The notes under the pieces are model-generated. The model was given only the letters and a program-made list of their open reading frames with translations. It did no database searches and was not told the origin of the DNA. DNA of 63,868 nucleotides, filler included, from Choristocarpus tenellus KU-1152 (Eukaryota; Protista; Phaeophyceae), in the NCBI GenBank assembly GCA_964200185.2. It is 11 parts of 11 records of this genome, joined end to end, with 100 filler letters (N's around TTAATTAATTAA, not from the genome) between each part and the next. Parts side by side here need not be neighbours in the genome. Positions count along the whole stretch, not along the records: positions 20,946 to 32,248 come from CAXNAD020002398.1; positions 32,349 to 36,055 come from CAXNAD020018395.1; positions 36,156 to 44,888 come from CAXNAD020004390.1; 8 more parts are not named here. One strand, 5' to 3'. Of the stretch, positions 26,101 to 38,381 are shown in pieces (positions within the stretch are counted from its first letter, which is position 1; each line of letters starts with the position of its first letter). The translations under genes were made by a program, and so were the position numbers.

Positions 26101-26351
26101 ACAAATCATACAGGCAGCAGGTGCACATCAGGGATTGAGAGTCACACTCAACTGACATGGACTGAAACAGAGAGAGGGAGAGGGTAATACACTTAGTGAC
26201 AATACCATAAGCACACTGTGTAACTACTTAGTACAACTACTGAGTACACCCAACCTATACCTCAACACACAACACCAGAAGCTCTGTGTCTGCTATCTGC
26301 CTGATTTATGAGTGACCATACCTACACGTTCCCTGGAGAGTGTGGCTTGGA

Positions 26352-26382
<31 letters not shown>

Positions 26383-26496
26383 AGTTAAAAATTTACGGGG
26401 GGGGAGGCCGGGGGGATGGGAGGGGGGGGGGGGGGGGAAGGGGGGAGGTTTCGGGNNNNNNNNNNTTTCTTCTTTTGCTGTTTTATGCGGCAGCAG

Positions 26497-26553
<57 letters not shown>

Positions 26554-29500
26554 AGGAGGGGCAGTTTACAACTTACCTGAGCTGAAGTCCTGTTGTGAGC
26601 AACAAGCTCTGTGGCGGTGGGTATGTCAATGCCATACACATTAGGGTATCGCACGGGTGGGGCAGCTGATGTCAAGTACACCTGTACAAAAGGAGTGAGG
26701 GATGGAGGAATTGTCACAACTTTTTATATTACAACCCCCCCCCATCACAATGCATCAGTGAAAGCTAAAAAAAAAGGTGAGATGACATCATGCTATAAAA
26801 CAGTTATCAACACTACTAACTTTTTCAGTACAAACAAACGCCAATATACTGGCACAAAACTATCTCTCTCTACGGAGGAATTCTCGTGTTTTTCACAGTA
26901 CTATATGTGTGGCTAACAAGTTAAAACAGTACTATATGTGGACTGGACCAGTCCCACAACCATCTAAGATGTCTTGACCAAGTCCAGCACGTGTTGTACT
27001 GGTCCTTATGCACTGCCCGGACCAGGTACAACCTCATCCAACAGGTTCAAACCAACCCAGCCGGCTCTATTTATGAGTATCATAACATGACTCCAATCCA
27101 TAACTAGCATTACATCAACAAAGAAAGACCGCAGGCCAGCCCTGTTCAACCAAGTTCAAACACGAGACAAAGCATCTGTTTGGGACCAAAATCCAATGTT
27201 GCGATTTTGATGTAATTTTGGCTATTGTGTTTGTTAGGAAGTGTCAATATCCTTGTTCCGGACAAACCTTTTCATAACTTACACATTTTAGCTACTCCTA
27301 AATATTTTGTAGTAGGAAAATGTCATAAAAACCCCATAGGAAGCCAGAAGGGTATACCCCAAATGAACAGGGCAAAACTTGCACCCTCTAAGATACTTTC
27401 ACTCACAGGGCTGAGTCCATGTACATAAAAAAATTCAACATACACCCAACAGTGGAAGTGAGAATGGATTGGTCTGGTCATAAAACCCTCAAAACACGGG
27501 TACTCCCAAAAAATTCACATAACGTACCATACAGCCCACAGATTGGGAGCAGGGGCAGTAAAAATAGTAAAAAAAATAGGCAGCCTGCTGGGTTTTTGGG
27601 GGGGGACAAATTGTAGATTTCCACCAACCAGATACACGGAAATAAGACACATTGGAATGACATTATAAGGTACACCACCAATATAATATAATACATACAT
27701 TCATAGAGTATAGTGATGATAGTAGTATATATTCAATAATATATACACCATTGATTTCTTTCACAGTAGCAGTTAGTTGGTCATACCGTTTCACCAATCA
27801 ATCAATCAATTCGAAGGTGGGAATAAAATGATCGTCTTCGAGGTTCTTGTTTAGTTGGCAGTTAGTTGTTGCAGCTACCCTACCAAACATCTACAAGCTA
27901 TTCATAGACACTCTCACCTGCAGTCACCTCACATACCCAACAATAAAACCATAGCCTATACAAAAGGCATAGATTGCATAGACTACTAAAAAAAAAAACG
28001 AAAAATCACTTCCACACAAAAAGATTCCATATCTCAGAACAATATACTGCAAAAAACCCCAATGTACTTCACCTTACAGGCCATCACAGACACACACACA
28101 ACACAACACAACACACACACCGGTTCCTAAGATGCTCAAGAATTTTGCTAGTACAGATATCCATCTAGACAGCACATTGTACCCTCTCCCTCCAACCCGC
28201 ACCACCCACAAAATTTTTCAAACTTACACTGGCAGCACCGGCCTCTCTTGCCATCTTCACCAGCTCTGTGCTCGTAGTGCCCCTGACAATGCTATCATCC
28301 ACAAGGAGGACATTCTTGCCCTCAAACTCGGACCTATTTCACAGTACACACACAGTACACACATATACACACGATGTTATCATCAATAGTTCACAAAACA
28401 GAGGCAGAAACTATTTAGAGTTAGGATTAGGGTTAGGGATAGTGTTGTTATGATTACTTTCACACAGCTCGCAATAGAACAATTGAACCAATCAACATAA
28501 ACATTTTGATAAATGATGCAATAGTACTATCCAACTTATTTGATCTAGATCATTCCATACATCAAACAAATCAATATCCCAAAACCATCAACAATTGCAA
28601 ACGCAAAGAGTCGACCTCCATTTACTGGGGGAAATGGTGCAAGACAAGAACTTCTTTTGCTTCATATTTTTCAAGCAGGGGGGGGGGGAATCATCCCATC
28701 ACACCCAAAACAACTGGCTCTATTTCTCTCTCCCAAACATGTATGATAAATGGACATAATGTGTACCTAATGGTGTTGAGCTTGAGACGAACAGTCTTCT
28801 TCCGTGTAGCCTGTCCCGGCATGATAAATGTTCTTGCTATGTACCTTCACACAGTCCACATACGACACCCACACACATGGACAACAGATAGCCAAAGCAA
28901 GGCAAGGATGTCAGTAAGAGGTTTTGACATGATAGGTTAATGTCATCACCAAAATCAATGGCGGTAAATGTCATACACACAACAATGAAATCTTTGAACC
29001 GCCCCTCCCTTCAAAACAATACAATACACCATACACTCAGTAGCAGAGCGTAAGAACGACATCTTCAACACAGAGAGGTGTACAGTGAATTCACACCAAC
29101 ACCATCAAATCACATAAACAAAGTCTCCATTCTGCATCACTCAAAAAGCCCACCTGTTCTTGATGAAACCCTCCCGGAATGGTTTGTTGAGTTTGTACGC
29201 ACATTGGAGTGCTGAAGTCCGGGCTGTGTCTGTATCCATCCGGGGTTAATCAAACAAATGAGCTCTCTTTCTCCCTCTTTTTATTTATTTAATTCAAGGA
29301 ACAAAAAAAAGCACCAATCAAACAACAGACTTTCGTGGAAAGACACAAATAAACCAATAGCCGTGAGAGGAATACACACCCTTCATAAACACACAATACC
29401 TACTACACAAGAAGCTACTCCCTACCTTGCCACTCAAAAACAACGAACAAGACATGTCTCAATAAAATCTCAATAAATTTTTAATAAAAACAAACGCCTT

Positions 29501-31781
29501 CGATTGCAGGTTTTAATCCAACCATGCAAAGCACAATGTCCAAGCCTAATGAAAACAGAAGCAACAGCTCAGCCTGCACACAAGCAACAAGACAGTCAGT
29601 CGACCAATCAAAAGGTTCCGATCAAAAACTCAAGAGTCACCCTTCGATTGAATGAACTGGCTCTATTTCATCACTGCAAATCACAACACTGTCGTCCCCG
29701 ACGCACCCACACAACACAAACCGATACAATAGTGTTGCAGCAAGGGCATCACACAAGGGACTGCCCAATCAAACACCCATCTGCTACCAATCACACCTCC
29801 CCCCAACCTAACATCTATCCCTAACCTTAACACTAACTTTCACTCAAGCAAAAAACACTGAGAAACGGAATGTGTGCAGAGCTATTTAGTTACCTACACA
29901 GGAAAAACATCACCATGACAAACAATAAAATAAAAATACACGCACTCGTCAGAAATACACACATACACATGTGACCAGCCACTTCTGTGCTGGCGCAATC
30001 ACCCCCCCCTTCAAAGGGAGGCTACCTAGCACCCAAATACTGCCCCCATAGCAAAAAAACACCACACACACACACACACTCACCTGGGATAGGGATGACA
30101 ACATCAATGTTATGATCCGGATAAGTTTCCAGGATACGCTTTGCCAGCTTTGCACCCATATTTAGGCGAGCTGTAGACAAATTCACCCCCCCTCCCGCCC
30201 CACCCCCTCCCACCCACCAACAATAAAACCAAGACACAACAAACCCTCTTTATCGACTGGAAAAAAAACCCCCCCCCCCCCCCCCCCCCCAAGCATCACA
30301 CAACAAAAAATATTTCGAGGGGTACAGGGTTCGAGATTAACGGCACTGACATGAGGATGACTCTTTGAAGAGAGTGGAGGATGACAACAGGGGCACTGGG
30401 AAAGTGTTTTGTACGTAATTTATCGGACACTGACAGAAACAGCACAGGTAGGAGTTTACATACAGGGCCAACGTGCACACTTGGTATACTACTATTACAA
30501 TACCCTAACCCTATCAGGTAGTAAGAGATGAGACCGGTCAACAAGCCAATGGTGGTATTGTACTTGTACAATGGGTCAGGGTATTATTTCTGATAACACA
30601 CGTATTTATGAGGTGCATGCAATGCAGTAGAAGTTTTACCAGCAGGCGTCTGCAAATGCAACAGGGACTGATGTGCACAGGCCTGGGGGAAGAGTATGCC
30701 AACCGGATGTATCCCTTAAGAAGACCTTGTTTGTAAACTTGTCAACAGTCAACAAGGAGAACACCAGTAGCCTAACTGAGCTCCAACACTCATCACCACC
30801 ACCACCACCACCACCACCACTGTCCTTCCTTCTTGATAACCACGACGCAAACTGGGACTGCACCTCAGGTCAAAACCTCTGTTTAAGCAACACACATCCC
30901 AACAACAAAATGTAAAAACACAAACAACGCCTTCCAATTACTCTTCATCACAAACAACTCAAATAAAAAAGATCGACTGCACTCTAACCCTAACCCACTA
31001 CAACTCAACAATAAAAATAAAATCTGAGTCAAAAATTACTGAGAGGAAGGGGGAGGAAACCCTAACCCTAACCCACGAAACAGTCACCAAAATAAAGAAA
31101 AGGCACCAATAGAGCCAACATTCCTCGTTCCTCTCCAACCTAAATGCATCCCGCACCTGTTGACTCTGTGCTCCAAAAACACATGGCACTAAGAAATATC
31201 AAAGAGGGTTTTAACAACCCCAACCCCAACCCTCCTCTTCACTACTCCACTTCTCTTACGTAATCTCTTCATACAAAACCAGATAGCAGTTTAACCTCAA
31301 GCCTTTCAGGGGACACACACCACTAAATCAATACACAAACTGACAATTCTCACTCAGAAAACGGAAGTGCCACAGCGATAGCTACGACTCGGCGACACTC
31401 ACTGACACAACTACACCATACACACACAAAAAATTACCCTAACCTCTAAATCATAGTCATACATACCTACCCAATGCCGAAAAATCCTTAACCCTATCCC
31501 TTAACCCTTTCACAACAAAAACCACGGAAAAGCTTCACAGAGAGGAACACTCAACACTGTATGTCAGTAACATTTTCCTCGCCCTCCCCCTAAAAATCCA
31601 CAATTGATTACCTCCTCACCTTCATAAACAGGGACCTTATCCAGTACAGAATCCGGCCTTGCAAAGTACACATACTCAAACAGGCACGGACTAAGGTCTG
31701 ATACTCTTGGATCGGAACATTGATGCGAGTGGAGCTTCCCTTGCACATCCACAAACACACACTCCCCGGGGCCAACGTCCC
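23182..31781 (-). CDS. purF: Amidophosphoribosyltransferase (glutamine PRPP amidotransferase), 3' nine exons, 5' partial
   Basis: Exons 31781-31620, 30170-30084, 29229-29154, 28844-28767, 28333-28228, 26681-26577, 25891-25779, 24353-24249 and 23302-23182 (stop), all GT-AG and phase-consistent. Motifs: [80 protein letters not shown]. Confidence 0.96.
25161..25509. mobile_element. AT-rich element bounded by perfect 22-bp inverted repeats (putative MITE) in a purF intron
   Basis: AAAAGAAATAATTATGAATATT at 25161-25182 and its exact reverse complement at 25488-25509. Confidence 0.55.
27164..27404 (+). mobile_element. MITE family A copy with internal deletion, in a purF intron
   Basis: GAGACAAAGCATCT...ACCCTCTAAGATACTTTCACTC; flanks ACAC/ACAG. 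Confidence 0.88.
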
Positions 31782-31868
31782 CTGTAAGACCAAAACATGG
31801 AAGGCGTAATCATGGATGGGATCTAGACAAGTGAGGGGGATGCAAATGGGGATTGGGATTGCAGCAGG

Positions 31869-31907
<39 letters not shown>

Positions 31908-32851
31908 CGAATGATGGGTAGTTGGGAGTGTATTATGACAGTTTCATGACAGTTTCATACAATGTTTACACTCGCTTGTTAATTATCCCAAGCAAAGTTG
32001 TTTCTTTTCACAAGTACAATATTCTTGGTGAGTTCTGCATAGAAATGGCAGGCATTGTTGATTGAAACTGAACACATGTCTTGGGAAGAAAATAAAAGGA
32101 AATTCACCTACAGTTCTTACCTTAATATGAGGTGGAGGGTGACAGAGCAAGGGCAGTGGTGTAACAGAATCAAAATGGATTGGGGGGGGGGGGGGGTTGG
32201 TGGTTAACAAGGGACCACAGATCGGAAGGGGGGGGGGGAGGGGGAGAGNNNNNNNNNNNNNNNNNNNNNNNNNNNNNNNNNNNNNNNNNNNNTTAATTAA
32301 TTAANNNNNNNNNNNNNNNNNNNNNNNNNNNNNNNNNNNNNNNNNNNNGGCATCCCTACGATTTGGAAGCGATCTCGACTAAGCCTAAGGTATAAGGACA
32401 GGCAGAACAACCATCCTCATAGTCCCGCTCCATCCTCAATTTTGCGAATCCACACCTGGTGCGTTGCCTCAACACACTATCCCTGTGATTCGACCCACTG
32501 TATTTGAACATTTCCTCCCCCCAATTATTTCCTGTTTGGTGCCTGCCAGTAATCCAATGGTTGTAGCCTCCGCTCAGGAAGTCGCATCACAAATTGATTC
32601 AAGTTTGTTCTCTTGTTTTCTTGTTTTCTTGACTTTCACTCTTTCTTCTTATCAGTAGAAGATGACTATTGCACGTTGATGATTATTTATTTTTTTCGTG
32701 ACTGCCATTCATCTCTCACAATGCACCAAAGCCACTCTGCAAACAGTGTAAAAAACACACACATGGGTGCAATATAATCAAAGTAAAAAACATCCACAGA
32801 AACCCTTGTCAGCCAAGGTAACAAGCCTCTCCACAGAGCATGGACTTCTTT

Positions 32852-33129
32852 CGTTGAGTATGACATGAAAGAACACGGAATTTATTCATTCTCGGTTGAA
32901 CAACCAAGAATACTGAATTCACATCGCATCATTCTTGACTGAGAGATCAATGACCTCTCAGCTACAACAGAATAAATACATCGGTGCTTTGCCGCACAAT
33001 CACACCTATCTATATTATAGACTACGCATATCACTCATCGGTTCTTTGCGACACCTTGATTCCTCATCGCTAGTAGTCTACACATTTTGCTTACATGTAC
33101 GATGCATTCGTTCGATTCAGGTTTCAACA
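32852..33129. mobile_element. Solo-LTR-like dispersed repeat
   Basis: Starts CGTTGA (TGTTGA variant) and ends TCAACA. 32950-33129 is homologous to 54490-54655. No clean TSD. Confidence 0.5.
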
Positions 33130-33143
33130 TCTGGAACAAGGAT

Positions 33144-33403
33144 GAGCCAAAGTATCCTAGAGGGTAGGACCGCGTCCATTTGGAGACCAAAATCCATTGT
33201 TGCGATTTTGATTCAATATTGACTATCGTGTTTGTTAAGGAAGTGTCAATATCCTTGTTTCGGACACACCTTTTGATAACCTATACATTTTACCTCCTCC
33301 AAAACACTTTGGAGTAGGAAAATGTCATAAAATACCCCATGGGGAGCCAATCCCCAAATGGACAAACAGGCCAAAACTCGTACCCTCTAAGATACTTTCA
33401 CTC
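33144..33403 (+). mobile_element. MITE family A copy with 4-bp TSD GGAT
   Basis: GGAT|GAGCCAAAGTATCC...GATACTTTCACTC|GGAT, nested in an older inverted family A copy (33130-33143 plus 33404-33515). Confidence 0.93.
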
Positions 33404-35020
33404 GGATATATTTACACTTTCTAACAAACACCATAGTCAAAATTGCGTCAAAATCGTAACAATGGATTTCGGTCCCCAAACGGACACGGCTATACCCCCT
33501 ATTACACTTTGACTCTCATATCATCGGCAACATGTTGGACCAGACATCACATTTTCCACAACTTGAACAGATCGTCAAGGAATTGAGACACTGCGACATC
33601 ATCAAGCCTGCACACCAGTAGGAGGATAAATTCCCCATTATGGTTGAGGATGGAAGCACACAAAGCAGTCAGAGTATTGATATTGTTGTAGATGACAAAG
33701 AGATACTGGTTGATACTTTTCTCATCAACTGCAAAACAACCTCCATAGACCTGTTCATTCCCGACCACCGGTTTGGACAAAGTGGTCTCCACTGGCAGCC
33801 TCAAGTTATCATTGGTTGTACTAGGAGGGCGACCACTTCCTTTTCAACTCCAGATGGATTTGAAAAATTAAGAATGCTAGCCATTCATCAAAGATGTAGG
33901 AGAGAAGGGAGCACCAATAATGGTGTCTCCTCTGATTCACAATGGTTTACTGCTTAGCGAGCATGACATGTAGGAGGACAGATGGTGCAAGACCCTCCTT
34001 CCTAAACATCAAAAGCAATAAAAACTTCCCTGCAACGAATCATGAAGGGGGACGCGTAACATCAAGAGGCAAAAGTCCACAACCCATAAAGAAACAAGAT
34101 TGGATGGGTATTTTGCAACATTGTTTCCTGAACAAAATATTTCATAGCCCACAAAGGTCATTCTCTCTTCCAATTTCAACCATGTAATCACGTTCAGCAA
34201 AGGGGGTCGTGTGAGGCTTCACACCTTCTTATCTTCACTACTAACAAATAGCATTACCTCCCAAGGTAATTTGCACATAAGTAGCAGCTGCTTGGAGAGT
34301 TGGAATGTTTAGTTCAATTTGAACTACATCTCATATTTGCTGTGCTAGAATGAGACTTTTTCATGGTCGGGAAACGATTTCTTGCAAGTGGGTCTTATAT
34401 TGACCCAGGGAACCCCAAGATGGCGCTCTTTTGCTGAGGGTAACACGTTGTCATTCCAAAAGAATTGCCAGTGCTCCTCAGGGAGGAGACCAACTGGGTA
34501 GTGCCCAAGAAGCTCTGGACTGTGTTGCAGACTTCGTATCAACAACCCCTCTAAAAATTATCGATATACTTATAGTTTGACGCACCTGAGGTTCAAATAT
34601 ACGAAATTTGTAAAAGAGAGATACATCTCCGAGGGTGCAGATGGGGTTGGATCTGCTTTATCCAGCTAATTAGTGAGCAAGCTCAATAAAGGTGGGGAGG
34701 AAGTATCACCACCATTGTGAGGGTGCAACAAGAAATTACTACTCGTAAGTCAAGGAGGGGCAAGATCACGGCAACCTCCAAGAAATCTCCTTCAAGCAAA
34801 GGATGAGAGGACAAAGAGGAAAGCAGACCTCGAACTGTACCTCAATCTTGATAGGAAGAAAGGAGAAGAGAGGGAGAGGTGGGAGAGTGGACGAAGCGAA
34901 GAGGTTTAGGGACAAGAGCGACCAGGGAGTGCAAATGGTGGTCAAACGAGTAGAGGAAGAAACGAAGCAGGCTAGGAGAGACTTGGTGAACAGCATGAAG
35001 ATGAGGAAAAGAAAATGGGA

Positions 35021-35255
35021 GAGCCGCGTCCATTTAGGGACCAAAATCCAATTTTATGATTTTGATGAAATTTTGACTATCGTTTTTGTTAGGAAGTGTC
35101 AGTATCCTGTTTCGGACACACCTTTTCATAGCGTACATATTTTACCTACTCTAAAATGCTTCGGTGTTGGTAAAATATGGTACAAAACATGTGGGAAGCC
35201 AAGCCCCAAATGGACAAACAGGGCAAAACTCGTATCCTTTAAGATACCTTCAGTC
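35021..35255 (+). mobile_element. MITE family A copy lacking the left terminus
   Basis: GAGCCGCGTCCATTT...AAGATACCTTCAGTC aligns with the other copies. Confidence 0.85.
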
Positions 35256-35644
35256 AGAAGGGGAAGAAGATCAAAGGGAGGGTAAGGAGGATATTATTGG
35301 CCTACGAGAGAACGAGCTAATGATGATATTTGGAGAAGTAACTAGGTACTGCCCCCTCCCTATCTTATGACACGAGCCCACTGAGCTGGTGGGGAAAAGG
35401 AATTCCGAGGGAAGGGAGAGGGACGGGAGAATTCTCATCTTTGGCGTAAAGGATGAAAGAGAAGATGATGATCCAAGTCTAGAGGATAACTAATGTCAGC
35501 AGATACTTTGTGCTGGCGGGGTATATTCCTCTTTATCTCCAATAAAGGTTGACGTCTTCAGTACGAGAAGAATTGCAGCGCAATATTGATGATAAAACCG
35601 ATGTCACAGAGCCAGTGGCGGAGCAGTGGAGGCAACTGACAGCA

Positions 35645-35822
35645 GGCTCAAAATACCTGGGGGGGGTGGCGGCTGTCCATTTTGGGGTAATTTTTTTATA
35701 TCGTAATTTTTGTGCGATTTGGTTGCATGCATCGGATGAATAATGCAAGTGCACTTTTCCTGGTCATGGTCCAAATGGATACCCTGATGTAGACCCCCCC
35801 ACCCCTTCAAGTACTTTGGGTC
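35645..35822 (+). mobile_element. Complete MITE family B copy (178 bp) with 4-bp TSD AGCA
   Basis: AGCA|GGCTCAAAATACCTGGGGG...CAAGTACTTTGGGTC|AGCA. Further partial copies at 35950-36055 and 36156-36243. Confidence 0.9.
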
Positions 35823-38381
35823 AGCATTCAATGTCAGAATATACCTAAAGGAAAAATGGGAAGTCCTCCAGACAAAGGGGATTACGACATACTTGATCAA
35901 TTCGACTGCTTTGTGTTGGCGGTGGTAATATGCCGCTACAGAGAGGAAAGACCCAAAGTATCTGGGAGGGGGGGGGGGGATTTAGACCAGGGTGCCCATT
36001 GGGACAAAAATCAGGAAAAGGGCTTTTAAAGTATCCATCCAACGTATGCAACAAANNNNNNNNNNNNNNNNNNNNNNNNNNNNNNNNNNNNNNNNNNNNT
36101 TAATTAATTAANNNNNNNNNNNNNNNNNNNNNNNNNNNNNNNNNNNNNNNNNNNNATTTAAACACACTTTTCTTGGCTTTGTCCCAAATGGACACCCTGG
36201 TGTGGCCTCCCCCCCCCCCCCCCCCCCAGATGCTGTGGGTCATTCATCAAGGTGCAGTAGGAAACCCTGGGAATTATTTTCCTGGTATGGGAGATACTTT
36301 TGGAGTTGGTTGTAGATGCCCTTTGTGTGTGGTTGGTGAGGCAATAACTACTGCATGGGGTCACTTCTTATGGACTTCAAAACTTTTTGACTTTTTAATA
36401 AAACAGTTGCATGAGATGTTACCTTTGTACTTTTCATATCGATGAATGAAATGTTGTCATTTTGAAGTGGTTTGTATCAGGTTGCCAAATATATATATAT
36501 ATTTTTGCCAACAAGAACTATCCCTAACCCTAATCTTAAGTACTACTACTATAAATGATAAATAATGGTGGTACATAGGTGCACTAAAAATGATATATAG
36601 ACTGGAGTTCGAAGTAGGCAGAGTGCAGAGTGTGTTGTATTTCCTTCTTAACTCTGTGCAGCATGTACTAATAGTTACAACTATACTAGCTTGAGAGGAG
36701 TGAGGAAAAGACTTGAGACTCCAACATCAATCCACGACTTATTTCTCCCTTTCAATTATGAAGAGTATGTTGGGCTGTGCCCTGGGTAAGTTTACCTTTG
36801 GTCCTGTGGCCAGCTGGATTGTACCATTATTTAGTGGTGGTCCCAATTTTTTTGTTAAAGATGGTGATGCTTCCGAAGACTTACGTAAAGGAATGACTTC
36901 ATTAATTATTGGGTTGGACAGGTTGTAGATGAAGTAAAGGAGAAAGAAGGGGTGAGCTTTCTAGTCTGAAGGAGGGGTCGTTAATACAAAATCAATCCTA
37001 TTCTGTGAAACACTTTATCACATATTACTTGCTACAATGTTTCCTCTTCCTGAACTCTTCCACATTCTGCTTCATTAACCCATATACCTATCTCTTATTC
37101 TTCAGAATACAATCATGTTCTCTTCCATGAACTGATCGTTTCTTACAGAACATACTCTTACAAAAAAAAGAATATTCACAACATTTGTAAACAGTTGCAC
37201 TCATACCAGGTTTACTCTCCCAAGTATCATGGAATAGACAGTTCACTTCTTGCAAAGTGGGCATAGCTACTTGCATGCATGCACTAATGAGCATCTCACA
37301 GTTTCCAGAATTAGTGACCAATCCCAACCAACACCCGCCTACAATTGAGCACAGTGGTATTCTATGAGACATCCATTGATTAATACTTCAAAACACACTG
37401 TATTGATGCAATGGAGGGGGGCAAACCTGTACTTTACTGTTGCATGCATAAACGACATTTTTCGAAACAGTTCCGGACTGTCCATATGAGTGAAGGTGAT
37501 AAGCACAAAATCAAGAACCTTAACAAAGACACGCCTTGGAGGGGGATGATTGTCAGACAAAGAACCAGTGGTGATACAACATATACATGTCATGTTCTTG
37601 GTGAGAGCAGGATGCTATTATACAGGTTTATAGCGACTCTTGAGTAGAAAACACTTGGTGGCAGGAAGCCACTATATGCTTGCTATCTGACAGCATCAAA
37701 CTCTTCAGAGCTCTTCTAGTACTACTCCATACATAATACTTCAAATTGGGTAACATTGCATGTCACCCAGGAAATCATAATAGTTATAAAAGGGTTACTC
37801 TCCATGTGCACACTACCTAATATACAAATAATTACTGTACACACAAGAGTTGGAGGGGCAATGGAGAGATGCAACATCAGCCGTCACATCTCCTCCAAGT
37901 ACAAAATGATGATCTATCCCCCCATCTGCTCGGGACGTTTTCTCAGTTGCCTGTTCTGTGGTTGCACTCACTACAAGAGAGGACTGATGCTGAATGTGTG
38001 CCCCATGTTGTCCTGCACTATACAGAACAAGACAGATGTGATGTTTATGCCAACATTCCTCAACCCTAAAAAAGACCACACAAAGTTATATCGACACATG
38101 AAGTATGGAGCATGTGGTATGAAAGTGAGTGATCACCCAACGCAGTAACAATGGTCATGAACATAAACGAAATGGACCACAGTGATCTCAGAAGAAATTT
38201 TACAAGCCACATTCATACACACACAACACACAAAAACACACAGACAAGCCACACATTTTGATGTTCCCAGCTATTTCGTCCACCCACAACCTCCTAAATA
38301 AAGCACTACTCATATCTAGCAGTGCTGTTTCAACTAGCCTGTTGATTGCAAGTGGTCTTGTGAAGACCACCTTTAAAATCT

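Noticed and set aside
19047-31781. Functional linkage between genes on different contigs (tRNA, purF, DENND6, myosin)
   Set aside because: Separated by artificial linkers, so the order is not genomic.
33540-34560. Possible DIRS or gypsy RT remnant on the minus strand
   Set aside because: Only faint motif echoes (RLDDV, DYMVEI); too decayed to assign.
35360-35520. Second hAT dimerization remnant (PLSWW...)
   Set aside because: One short motif only.
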